Below are positions 1-10,930 of a stretch of DNA of 64,000 bases, in pieces. The notes beneath the pieces were generated by a model that saw only the letters and a list, made by a program, of their open reading frames with translations, was not told the DNA's origin and did no database searches. The stretch comes from Bugula neritina (lineage: Eukaryota > Animalia > Bryozoa), in the NCBI GenBank assembly GCA_964035545.1, contig OZ037769.1, forward strand, positions 12,182,633 to 12,246,632. The letters are read 5' to 3'. How positions within the stretch are numbered: the first letter of the stretch is position 1; every line of letters begins with the position of its first letter. The translations under genes and the position numbers were made by a program.

Positions 1-1900
1 AAGAACAGAAGTTGTCTTAGAAATTTAGGGACGTGCAGTTTGTGTATATAGCATACGCAACAGCTCACTGGGCTAACCTGTACAATGTGATGTAATCTCA
101 TCACTTGCTTATTATCTTAGAAAAGAATAAATTACAGCTGAAGAGTTTTCCTTTAAATTTTCAAAACTTATTGAGATAATTTTCTAGCTGTCAGTTGTTA
201 TGGACATTTCAACCTTTAACATCATATTCATGTTAATATGTTTTTGTTCCAAAATTGTCCCAAGAGATAGCAAATACATGTTTGTGTTTTTTCATTTACG
301 CTATAAGTTATAATTTTTGACAATTGTTGTTTATAGTAAACAAAGTACTAGTTGCATTTTACTTCAAAATGTGTTGGAATATTTAACATTTACTATAAAT
401 TTTTCTATGTTTTTTCAAGATTATTTTTTTAAAGCTTCAGTAACATGCAAACACCAAGCAGTATAACCGCTACCTAATAAATTGCTGATGAGATTAGCAT
501 TCATATCAGTTTTATTGTGATAATTTTAAATTTGTGCAGCTTTACATTATATATAACGTGTTGCTTAGGTGAATAATGTTTGTATATGGTATGTATAACT
601 ACAAAGCCATAGCAACAGCTAGCTTCAGTCATAATGCTATAACAACACATTTGATAATGATCAATATGTTTCAATACCCTAACACCAGCTGGCTACAATT
701 GGAACATGTTCAGGAAAAGTACAACTACACATGATGTGATATATTCTACAAAATAATTTTACTCACTGTTTACCAAAGCTCATTTTACAACACTGCCTAG
801 CTATGATATTTAATAAAGGTCTTATCTACTTTTCAAACTGCACTTTTTCATTAAAGTATATGTGATAGAGGTTGGGTGTCAGTGTGAGAAGATAAAAGAG
901 TTAACATTGTGTATACTGAGTGTAAGGGTTCATTACCCTTTCCATAGCAACACCAAAGTCAATTACGTGGGGAAAATATTCATCATCTATAAATACTATT
1001 ATAGTTATAATGATGTGATGTAATAAGGTTTGCTGCTATTATGGCTGGTGAAATTAATTCACTTATTCATAAACCAGGCATTCACACCCTTGACTTGAGT
1101 AACCCAATACACAGGTGAATTGCTCATCCAAGCACTAAAAAAGTCATTGTACTCGAAGTAGAACTGGAAACCATTCAACCCTTTCCTTAGTGTAAGACTA
1201 CTACTGCATGCAATACGTTGTAGGAATGAAACTTGATACATTTGATATACCTGTATTTGTAAACAGAGGGTACTTCACTATGTGATGATGTAATATATGA
1301 GTCATAAATACTAGTAATCATTGATAATTAGTTGTACAGACTTACAAAGTAATTTCCTAGACACTTTTATAAGTGTTAGGTGCTACACAGTATACTTAGT
1401 TGCAGTAAATGAGAAACTTCAATAACCTAAGCTCTTTAATTATCTTTGTGAATTTGGGTTTGAGGCACATGCAGGGTTAAACTTTTTAGAACATGACTTC
1501 TTTAGCTAAATTCCTCATACGGACCACAGAGTTTTTCCAGTTTCTCTCTCCTGCACATATTACTAACAGGAGTAGGAATACTTTGTCTGCTTTGTGTTAG
1601 CTTTGGTTGCATGGAAAACCAAATAAAGTCAACTATATTATTTCTCAAGAATAACAGCCCACAAGTACAAACACTTCTTATTTTGAATTGCATATAAAAA
1701 CTAAACAGTTAGCTGAAAAGTTTACATATAAAATACCTCACATTCACTGATTGCTCTAGTCATACCCAATGCATCAGTTGCTAGTGCTAGTGTATTATGA
1801 ATAAACCAGAAATACCTCACCTAAACACGCACCATGAAGCATATAATATAATAACTTCGTTTAATAACCATATTCATGTTTAAGTAAGAATGTTATGTAC

Positions 1901-2021
1901 CTAATACAACTCCAGCAAAGTCACCATTGGCAAACTTCACGTCTCCCAGATATGCTATTACTCCGGGTTTGTTACCAACCAATACTCTGTCTCCGATGAT
2001 AAACTCCATATCTGACGCCAT
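1901..2021 (-). CDS. First coding exon of a CAP-Gly domain protein (CLIP1/CLIP-190/restin-like); no further exon recognised in 1-1900, so the gene probably continues left of the window
   Basis: Translation MASDMEFIIGDRVLVGNKPGVIAYLGDVKFANGDFAGVVL(D) matches the N-terminal half of a CAP-Gly domain. Phase-1 donor TTAG|GTACAT at 1901/1900; upstream acceptor TTCTTTAG ending at 2044; candidate 5'UTR exon donor AG|GTATGT near 3449. Confidence 0.75.
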
Positions 2022-4341
2022 TATATTGTGGTCTAGTGTGTAGCTAAAGAACATATAAATAAGAGGAAGTGTGTATTTCAATTTAGATAAAAACTGTTAA
2101 ACTTAAATCACATGCAGTATGTGATAACTGGTGTAAAATGATGACATCTTCCCTGCTCTATTAGATATTCTGAAGGCAATCTTGTACTAAGTGAAATATA
2201 TAATGTCAAACTTAAATTTTGTAGCATTTTCAGTAAAATCACCTTTACATTTAACTTTTAGTAGCTATTAAAAGGTTTAAGATGCATGTGTTTATCATTG
2301 TGTAGCATTAAAAGGGTCTAACTACGCTCCCAGACAGAAATAGTACACTCACAGATTTTATGATAAAATGAGCACCAACATGATTACATATAGAATTTGA
2401 GTTTATCTTATGGGCTAACACCTTGTGCCATTATCACAAATATAATATAAAGTTATACATTCCAAAAGTATTATAAGGAATTGTTATACAAATAAATAGT
2501 TGCATTCTATGAGTCAAATGATCTTGTTTTTGGCATATAAATCATTTTACGTTCCAATTTTTGAGTATATGTATGAAAAGTTCATTTACATACAGTTTGA
2601 CTGGCTGCATACAGTATCAGAGATAAGGATAGGCACATATAGTGGCAGATCCAAGAATTAGTGAATGCCCACAATAAGACTAAATGTTTGCCCAACTAAA
2701 GAGTTAAGGCTGCATGATTACTGGAAAGATAAAATAATGCAAATATATTTATGCATAGTTATAATAAATTACACAACATGAATAAAAATAATGATATCAA
2801 TATAAATATGTTGAGAATTAATTCCATGGATAGGGCGAAACCTGATAACAAATAGCTATGAAATAAATAACTACAATATTAATAACAACAGTATAATAAT
2901 AAGTAATAACTATGCATATGCTAGTTGGCAGAAAGCATTTAAGAATATAGTACTTGCAATAACATAATTTATATTGTTGAGGATTAGATTTAATCGCTGT
3001 TATACGTATAGTTCTGATTATATAAATACTACTACTTAATAGTAATAGCAATATATTAACATTCAACATTTAGTTATACTGAAATATTTCAGCCAGATAC
3101 TAAGTCTGATACTTTAATAGAACTAACTGTCTGCAAGTGCAAGAAAAGGTTGCAAAATAGTACTCAAAGTGTTAAACTGGAAATGGCACTGCATTAATGA
3201 TTACATTTATAAGTCTAGTTTTACTAATTCTAATACTTGGTGACTTGCATTACTATAACTAAAGTTGTTAGTATTACAGTTAAATTTATTACAAGTATAA
3301 GTTATAGTTACATATAGTTATATTTATAGTAAATTACTATAGTATATTTATAGTATAACCATTATACTTATAGTTATACTATACCCATATGTTATACATA
3401 TAAGCCAGGAACAAAGCCCAATATAAGGTGTTGAGTGTTAACTACATACCTAATAGCTTCTTCAAAGACGGTGACACTGCTACTGACTACTAGTAATTGT
3501 TAACGAAGTGTATGCATAGTTTAGTTTTAGAATAAATACAACATTTCGATCACGCATTATAATATTACAATCCTGCAGTTGCGGCTGTTGCTGGAGTACA
3601 TTAAAGTCAATAGTTTGGTCTCTAACCAGCGCCGTAGCTGAGATTCTTAGGTTTTCTTTGACGACAAAACTATGTAAAGTTCGTAGAAAACTGTAGAGTC
3701 GTTGCCTCTACCCTACTTACTTTATTTTAGTCAAGTTAGAAACTTAGCTATGTTTGTACGTTCAAGGTTGTCTTTGGCGAAAGATAAATTTTATTAGTTT
3801 TGAAGTGAGTCATTATAAATATGTTCACTATGTAATGAGTATAAATACTATGCAGTACTATAATACTATCATTAATAGTAATTGTAAGACTAAGTAGACG
3901 TGGTATAAGTATAACCTAAGCTATAAGTAGTACTAGTAACTACTACTAGTAACTGTAAGAAACTTGAAAACTCGTTAACCAATCTGAATCTCAGTATGAG
4001 TATCAGTATGAGTACGACTATGAGTATCACTATCGGTATGACTATGGCTATCTCAATCTGAACCTGAAGTTGAACTACTGTCATTTTGAGTCAGTGTCAC
4101 TGTCAAAGTGAATATCACATTGGACTTGGTTGTCACCAGCCCCAGGACTCAGTCAAGTGGTTTACCCTCATTTTAATTTTTAAAACAAAGTGAAAGTATT
4201 TTTTATTTTCTAACAGTAACTGTAAGTGTAACATATTTTTTTGGGAACACTGTCAATACAACTCACAAGGTGAAGGCGCTGAACTCACACCACAATCACA
4301 ATGCCAATAAATATGATGCTCATAATAATAATTATACATTG

Positions 4342-4422
4342 ACTGTTAAATTAATGTTATCATTATGATTATCACCCAGAAGTTCTGGGTGATAATTATA
4401 ATGATAACATTAATTTAACAGT
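4342..4422. repeat. 81-bp near-perfect palindrome (40-bp arms, 1 mismatch, 1-nt centre)
   Basis: ACTGTTAAATTAATGTTATCATTATGATTATCACCCAGAA-G-TTCTGGGTGATAATTATAATGATAACATTAATTTAACAGT. Confidence 0.95.
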
Positions 4423-5369
4423 GATTAACTACTTATAGCGATTACACATAATGATAATCACCATCATAATCATAATGTGTCTAATCCAGTTTGGTTATGA
4501 GACAGATTCATAATGATAAAGTTAAACTTATGAAGACATAACGACTATAAGTATATTGATTTGCATATGCTTACCCTGACACTCAAACTGAAATCAGACA
4601 TCATTATAACATTATAATCATGTTAATCTTGAAGTTTTTAATAATTATCAATAATATAAATCCTGATATAAATGTGTAATCTTCTTTTAAATGTGTAGTT
4701 GTAGTTTTTCTGCTGCATGAAAGTAAAAGTAGTTGATGCTGAAATAAAAATCATGACCAACACATATATTGTTATACTTATTTGTACATAAGCTGACTCT
4801 AATTCTAAAGACAACGTAAACGTTTTCTAATAATTATTAAACTAAAGTTGATGCTTTGATGATGGCTGTAGAACTCACACAAAATAGCAAAATTATATTT
4901 AATTGAGTAAGGTTGTCTCAATTTGATTATTTTTAATCTTTCATTTTTAACTATAACATAATTTATAATTTTTATCTATTATTGCAATTAGTATTAGAAA
5001 ATGGGATAATGATTATAGTCATGTTATTTAAATGATAAATAATTTTTTATAATAATAGTAAATATGTTTATTCAAACCATTTTATTATAATTTGTTTATG
5101 ATTTTAAAGAACACCATTCATATCTTTATTGTAAAGCTCTTATTTATATAGCTACTTGTAGTACTACTAATTGTAGAAATAATAATTGTTACAATTTATA
5201 ATAATAACAAATACATTAATTTTTGCTAATATAATTTCTGGCATTAGTATTATTGCTATAGCTTTCAAGTTTTAGGTTGCTGCATAAGTTTGTTAGTTTT
5301 AAAAGCCCCTGATCTCAAACTTAGTCTAAGCTTTGGTTATCTGTAGCAGTTACCTTTGCTCTTCCTCAT

Positions 5370-5791
5370 TGTTTATGTCAGTGAGTGTTCCAATGTTTTG
5401 TAATTGTTATTGTAATTGTTTGCGGATAAACAGATATTGTGATAAGAAAGTTTGGGTTAGTTTCGTGTGATAGGTAATCTTTAATCTGTCTCAAACCATA
5501 AGCCAGAGAATGTACTACAAACACACAATGAAGTAATATTAGTATAAGTAATGCTTAGACACAAAAAGATTATATAACCAGTACACGTAATTACTATAAC
5601 GTATGCTACAGAGTTTACACATAATACAAATTAATATAATAACCTTGTAACAATAGAATGAAGATGGGAAGCCAAACATATCAGCGTGTTGGGTTATAAC
5701 TGTTATAGGTTGAATCGCTACAGATTATTAGTATTAAGTATTTAGCTGATAGCCTGAGGTCTAAGTCAATTGTCAGACACCATCATCAACA
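5370..5791 (-). repeat. 3' LTR of the Gypsy element
   Basis: Direct repeat of 10017-10438 (TGTTTATG...CATCAACA); adjacent to the PPT. Confidence 0.96.
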
Positions 5792-5805
5792 TCTCCTTTT
5801 CTTTT
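5792..5805 (-). promoter_or_regulatory. Polypurine tract (PPT)
   Basis: Minus strand AAAAGAAAAGGAGA immediately precedes the 3' LTR. Confidence 0.9.
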
Positions 5806-5921
5806 ACAAAAGTTGGTATAAGTTTGAGAATGTAATGAATAGATTATAATTGATTAGGTCAATATAGTTTTAGTAGCAAAAGGGTTGATACGATAAAAGC
5901 TTAGTTAGTCTAGATCATGGG

Positions 5922-7538
5922 CTACTCCAACACATAGTCCTGGTATTTCGGAGGCATTTTCCTTTCTCTCACTGGGCGGGTGTGTATGTTTAATCGCTCT
6001 AGACTTTGATCAGGGTCAGATCTGTTTAGAGTGTCTTCTGGTGGACTAGGTGGTTGTTCCTCAGTAGAATTGGTTGGTGTAATTACTGGGTGGACCTCGG
6101 CGGCTGTAGTAAGTTGTTCTCTGGGTAGCTGTTGTAGGTCTGTTCGGGTTCGTCTGATAATGTTTCCCGTTTCTTCATTAAGCACTGAGTAAGATCTGTC
6201 TGAGAGCATTTCTAGAACTTTGCCTCGGTTCCACTTGTTCTTCATGTTGGCTGTGTCTCTGATAAGCACAGGTAAACCCGTTGTTAGCGGCATGAGGTCT
6301 TTAGCAGATTTGTTGTAGCTCTTCTGCGTGATGAGTTTCTTTGCAGCCTTTTCTCTGAGAGCGTTTTCATTTTGTGTTTGCTTGGAGATGCTGTGACCAG
6401 TAGGCAACAGTGAGCGTGTAGGTCTTCCGAGGATCCGTTCTATTGGACTCGAGGACATGCCAGCTGTTGGAGTGTTTCTAAGTTCCAGTAAGGCTAAAAA
6501 TGGGTCTTCGGATCTCCGAAATAGTCTCTTTATAACTTTGACTGCTGCTTCCGCCTTCCCATTGGATTGTGAGTGTCCTGGGGAACTAGTCGTATGGTGA
6601 AAACCCCATTCTTTACGAAACTGTGTGAATTCTGAGGAGGTGAATTGTGGGCCATTGTCTGAATGAACCACTTCTGGGATTCCAAATCTGGCAAAAGCTC
6701 TTTTGCTGGCTTTGATGACAGCTTTTGAAGTTGCTTCCTTTAATCCTTCGCATTCAAAGAAATCACTGAAGTAGTCCACAATGATCAAGTAGTCTTGCTG
6801 TTTGAAAGAGAACAAATCCATTCCGACTTTGCACCATGGGATTGCTGGTATATCATGGTGTTGAATGGTTTCTTTTTGTTGACTAGGAGCATCATATGCG
6901 CAAGCTACACACTGATTAATGTGACAGGAGATATCATTTGACATTTGTGGCCAGTATACACAAGACCGTGCTCTTCGAAGGGTAGCTGCTATTCCTTGAT
7001 GGCTGAGATGTAATTTCTTCAGTATGACTGGTCTGTAGAATTTTGGAATTACTAATTGAGGTCCTCGATAGATGACTCCATCTAAAGTTGCTAGTTCATC
7101 TTTAACATGGTAGAATGCCCGCAAGTCTTCTGGTAGCTCAGTTGGCTTTATGGGCCATCCTTTGACTATTAACTGTTGGATTGCTTGGAGTACGTGGTCT
7201 CCAAGAGTAGCATCTTTGATATCTTGATAGGTAGGGTTAGATACTGGTAAGTCTTCCTGTGGATTTGTGATGTCTAAATCAGAAAGGAAGGACGCTATTT
7301 GAAATATCTGATCTACGGGAGTATCTCCTTCCTCGGCCATCTCGGTGGGCGACCTTGACAGCATGTCTGCAGTGACCTGTTGTGCTCCCGGTCTATGTTC
7401 AACCTTGGCTGGGTATCGCTGAAGGGCTAGCATCATTGCTTGCAATCGTTTGGGAGCTCGGAGCAGAGACTTTCTGAAAATTGGTATCAGTGGTTCATGG
7501 TCGGTGTGTATAGTTATATTAGGATTGCCAAACACATA
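5922..7538 (-). CDS. Gypsy pol, C-terminal part (end of RNase H and integrase), in frame after the TAG
   Basis: TDHEPL (RNase H); HLSH...CVAC (HHCC zinc finger); MDLF / SDNG / AEAAV (DDE integrase); same frame as the upstream ORF. Confidence 0.92.
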   Translation of the reverse strand, partial: YVFGNPNITIHTDHEPLIPIFRKSLLRAPKRLQAMMLALQRYPAKVEHRPGAQQVTADMLSRSPTEMAEEGDTPVDQIFQIASFLSDLDITNPQEDLPVSNPTYQDIKDATLGDHVLQAIQQLIVKGWPIKPTELPEDLRAFYHVKDELATLDGVIYRGPQLVIPKFYRPVILKKLHLSHQGIAATLRRARSCVYWPQMSNDISCHINQCVACAYDAPSQQKETIQHHDIPAIPWCKVGMDLFSFKQQDYLIIVDYFSDFFECEGLKEATSKAVIKASKRAFARFGIPEVVHSDNGPQFTSSEFTQFRKEWGFHHTTSSPGHSQSNGKAEAAVKVIKRLFRRSEDPFLALLELRNTPTAGMSSSPIERILGRPTRSLLPTGHSISKQTQNENALREKAAKKLITQKSYNKSAKDLMPLTTGLPVLIRDTANMKNKWNRGKVLEMLSDRSYSVLNEETGNIIRRTRTDLQQLPREQLTTAAEVHPVITPTNSTEEQPPSPPEDTLNRSDPDQSLERLNIHTRPVRERKMPPKYQDYVLE

Positions 7539-9920
7539 CTAGTCAAATCTTGTCATTGCAAATACAATGGCTAGTAGTTCAAGCTCAATAGGAGCATAGT
7601 TTTTTTCACTCTCTGAAAGACTTCTTGATGCGTAAGCCACTGGTCTGCCACTTTGTATTAGGGCTGCCCCTAATCCTTCAGTAGAGGCATCCGCTTGTAC
7701 AATTACCGGCTTGTTAACCTTGAAGTATTGTAGGGTAACATCGTCCACCGCCAATTGTTTGAGCTTTTTAAATGCCCTCTCTTGGTCTTCTCCCCAGCTG
7801 AAATCGACTTTTGTCGTCCCAATGAGTCTTCGTAGAGGTTCTGTTTCGGCCGAACAGTTGGGAATGAACTTTGACAGGTAGTTAATGTGACCTAGGAACC
7901 TGCGAACTCCCTCTCCGTCAGTTGGTGTGTTCATGTCCTGGATCGCACTGATTTTCTTAGGGTCTTTCTTCACACCCTCGCTTGAAATGATGTGGCCAAT
8001 GTATTGTAGTTCACTCAAGAGAAATCTGCATTTGTCTTTATTCAGTTTCAGGTTTGTTTCTCGAGCCCTCTCAAAGAGGTTCCTTAAATTTTTGTTGTGA
8101 TCTAGTCGGGCTTCTTCCATAGTGGCCCCTTTACCATATACAAGGATGTCGTCAGCCACTATCATGGTTCCGTCTAAGCCTGCAAGAGCGTCTGATAGCC
8201 GGCGCTGAAATTCCTCTGGGCTTGAAGATAACCCAAACGGCATCCGTAACCACTTGTACTTCCCGTACGGCGTCCAGAACGTAGTGAGATCACTTGATTC
8301 ACTGTCCAGCTTGACTTGAAGGAAACCATCCTTTGCATCACATAGCGAAAAAAATTTGGCTCCATCTAATTCTGGTAGTACATCTTCCAATGTGGGCATT
8401 GGATAGTGGTTCCTCTTTATGGCCTTGTTCAAGTTGGCAGGGTCGATACATACTCGGAGTTTTCCATTTGGCTTTCTTCGGGCCAGTGTGTTGCTGATCC
8501 AGGTGGTTGGATAGTCTACTTTGGCTATAATCTTGTTGTCGGCCAACGATTCCAGTTTGTCTTTTAGGTCCTGTCTCATCGATAAGGCCACTTTTCTGTT
8601 GATTGACTGGGTGGGGGATACATTCGGGTCTACTTCAATGTGATATTCTCCCGGAAGACAACCAACACCCTCAAAGATCAACCCATATTCCTGGATGAGC
8701 TGATCTACATCTGGGTGTTCGGGTGGTGATATGAGGTTTACCCATTTGTTATTGATGGATAGCAGCCCAAGTTCTAAGCACGTGTCCAGAGAGAGTAAAC
8801 TCATGTTGCCAGTCTTGACTACATAGAATCGAAATGTTTTGCCTGTTAATCTCAGTTCGCAGAGCCCTGTAGTTCTGGTATGAGTGCCATCATAGAGCTG
8901 AAGGTTGGGTAGTTTCTTTTGACTCAGTGCCGGTGCTCCACGAGCCAGATAATCTTTTTGATTTAATATGTTGCACGAGGCTCCTGTGTCTAGCTGATAT
9001 TCTATTTTGGCACGCTTATTAATAGATCTAGTATCGATGTTGGCAGTGAGTCGCTTTCCTTTCTTTACTACTTGTATGTACATAAGAGATTCTGAATCAC
9101 TGCTCTCGTCAGAAGCTATGTGTTCAGCGACTGCATTTATTCTGCCGTTTCTCTTGGATCTGCAGACCGCTCTGAAGTGGTTGAATTTCTTGCAGTTACC
9201 GCATTGTTTGCCATATGCTGGGCATTTGCGAGGAGGATGAGAATTGCCACAGTTTCCACAGTTAGATTTAGTAGGATTATTCGCTTCCCTGTCAGTTGTG
9301 TGTAAGTACTGTTTAACACTTTTGTTTGCTTTAGTGGGCTTGTGACCAAGCGTATGAATTGATTCTCCTTCCGCTTTAATAGCCTTCATATCACTCTGAG
9401 AGCTCTCAGCCAATTTGCACTTTTTAATAGCTTTTTCGAGGTCTATGTTTTCTGACTCCTCGAACAATTTTCTCCGCAGTTGTTCGTCGTTGATGCCAAG
9501 AAGTAAGGCCTGCATAAAAAAGTCATCGTACATGTCACCAAGGTCACATTCTCTGGCGATCTTATGTAAGTTGGTGACATACTCATCTATTGATAGGCAT
9601 TCCTGTTTTGTCGATAGCAGTTGATGTCTTTTGATTATTTTGTTGGAGGTCTTTTTACAAAAGTTGTCAAATTTTCCTAGGACATCCTTGTAAACATCTT
9701 TAGATTCTCCTTCCCCAAACTTGAAACTTTTGAATATGTCTACGCCTCTTGGTCCAATGGTCCGCAGTAGAATGGCTATTTTTATTTTATCCTCTTTGTC
9801 AGATTTTTCTGCAGCTATTAGGTAATAGTCGAACTCTTCCTTGAAGCGGGACCATTGGGTGGACAACTCTGCACCATCTTGCAGGGGTTTGGGCATAAGA
9901 GAATCTTGTGCAGTTGCCAT
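7539..9920 (-). CDS. Gypsy gag-protease-RT-RNase H polyprotein, ended by an in-frame TAG
   Basis: Tandem Cys/His knuckles CGNCGNSH...C and CGNCKKFNHFRAVC; protease LDTGA; RT RMPFGL and VADD; RNase H ADAS and ELLA. Confidence 0.93.
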   Translation of the reverse strand: MATAQDSLMPKPLQDGAELSTQWSRFKEEFDYYLIAAEKSDKEDKIKIAILLRTIGPRGVDIFKSFKFGEGESKDVYKDVLGKFDNFCKKTSNKIIKRHQLLSTKQECLSIDEYVTNLHKIARECDLGDMYDDFFMQALLLGINDEQLRRKLFEESENIDLEKAIKKCKLAESSQSDMKAIKAEGESIHTLGHKPTKANKSVKQYLHTTDREANNPTKSNCGNCGNSHPPRKCPAYGKQCGNCKKFNHFRAVCRSKRNGRINAVAEHIASDESSDSESLMYIQVVKKGKRLTANIDTRSINKRAKIEYQLDTGASCNILNQKDYLARGAPALSQKKLPNLQLYDGTHTRTTGLCELRLTGKTFRFYVVKTGNMSLLSLDTCLELGLLSINNKWVNLISPPEHPDVDQLIQEYGLIFEGVGCLPGEYHIEVDPNVSPTQSINRKVALSMRQDLKDKLESLADNKIIAKVDYPTTWISNTLARRKPNGKLRVCIDPANLNKAIKRNHYPMPTLEDVLPELDGAKFFSLCDAKDGFLQVKLDSESSDLTTFWTPYGKYKWLRMPFGLSSSPEEFQRRLSDALAGLDGTMIVADDILVYGKGATMEEARLDHNKNLRNLFERARETNLKLNKDKCRFLLSELQYIGHIISSEGVKKDPKKISAIQDMNTPTDGEGVRRFLGHINYLSKFIPNCSAETEPLRRLIGTTKVDFSWGEDQERAFKKLKQLAVDDVTLQYFKVNKPVIVQADASTEGLGAALIQSGRPVAYASRSLSESEKNYAPIELELLAIVFAMTRFD

Positions 9921-9999
9921 GTTTACAATAACTATTTCTTATCTTGTATCAGGTATCAGGAACTAGCTGTAGTATAGGTAGCGTTCAGTGTGATAACTT

Positions 10000-10016
10000 C
10001 CTCACTCGGGGCACCA
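10000..10016 (-). promoter_or_regulatory. Primer-binding site complementary to the 3' end of elongator tRNA-Met
   Basis: Minus strand TGGTGCCCCGAGTGAGG abuts the 5' LTR; it is the complement of CCTCACTCGGGGCA-CCA, which I recall as the 3' end of invertebrate elongator tRNA-Met. Confidence 0.82.
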
Positions 10017-10438
10017 TGTTTATGTCAGTGAGTGTTCCAATGTTTTGTAATTGTTATTGTAATTGTTTGTGGATAAACAGATATTGTGATAAGAAAGTTT
10101 GGGTTAGTTTTGTGTGATAGGTAATCTTTAATCTGTCTCAAACCATAAGCCAGAGAATGTACTACAAACACACAATGAAGTAATATTAGTATAAGTAATG
10201 CTTAGACACAAAAAGATTATATAACCAGTACACGTAATTACTATAACGTATGCTACAGAGTTTACACATAATACAAATTAATATAATAACCTTGTAACAA
10301 TAGAATGAAGATGGGAAGCCAAACATATCAGTGTGTTGGGTTATAACTGTTATAGGTTGAATCGCTACAGATTATTAGTATTAAGTATTTAGCTGATAGC
10401 CTGAGGTCTAAGTCAATTGTCAGACACCATCATCAACA
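10017..10438 (-). repeat. 5' LTR of the Gypsy element
   Basis: Direct repeat of 5370-5791; followed on the minus strand by the PBS. Confidence 0.96.
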
Positions 10439-10930
10439 CTCATTGTTGCCATCTCAGCCAGTCATAATTCTGTTACTTCTATAATATGAATTGCTAGTTA
10501 AATCAATTATAATTGCAATCATAGCCATTCCAATCACAAATTACTATCAACTCTTGAATTTAATCTGAGTTTCATGCAGTTAAAATATTTATTTGATGTT
10601 ACTTCATTCCTACTACAATAAATATTTACATATTAGGTTCATTGGTTTATATATTTGTGATTGCCATCGCTTTTATGATTAACATTCCAAGTTACAATTG
10701 CCCAAATAATTTTAGTTATGAACGATTTTATTTAGTTTTTACAATTAGTTTCAAAAAGTCTGTCTTGTAATTGAGCAATGCTTTCAACAGCCACGTTTAT
10801 AGTAATTTTTCGTCAACATCATTCAATAGTAGTAACCACATAGCTCCATTAAATCTACAAGAACCCAGTATTGAAATGTTAACTACAGTTAGTGTTTAAA
10901 TTGTAGTAGCTGCATTCATTAACCTCGGAA

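Larger units (their letters stand above)
5370..10438 (-). mobile_element. Full-length Ty3/Gypsy LTR retrotransposon (Mag-clade-like), recent insertion
   Basis: Two 422-bp TG...CA LTRs with 3 differences; 5-bp TSD CTCAT at 5365-5369 and 10439-10443; PBS; PPT; single-frame gag-PR-RT-RH-IN order. Confidence 0.97.

Noticed and set aside
8174-9624. Small alternative-frame and antisense ORFs within the Gypsy element
   Set aside because: Short, without motifs, and overlapping gag-pol.
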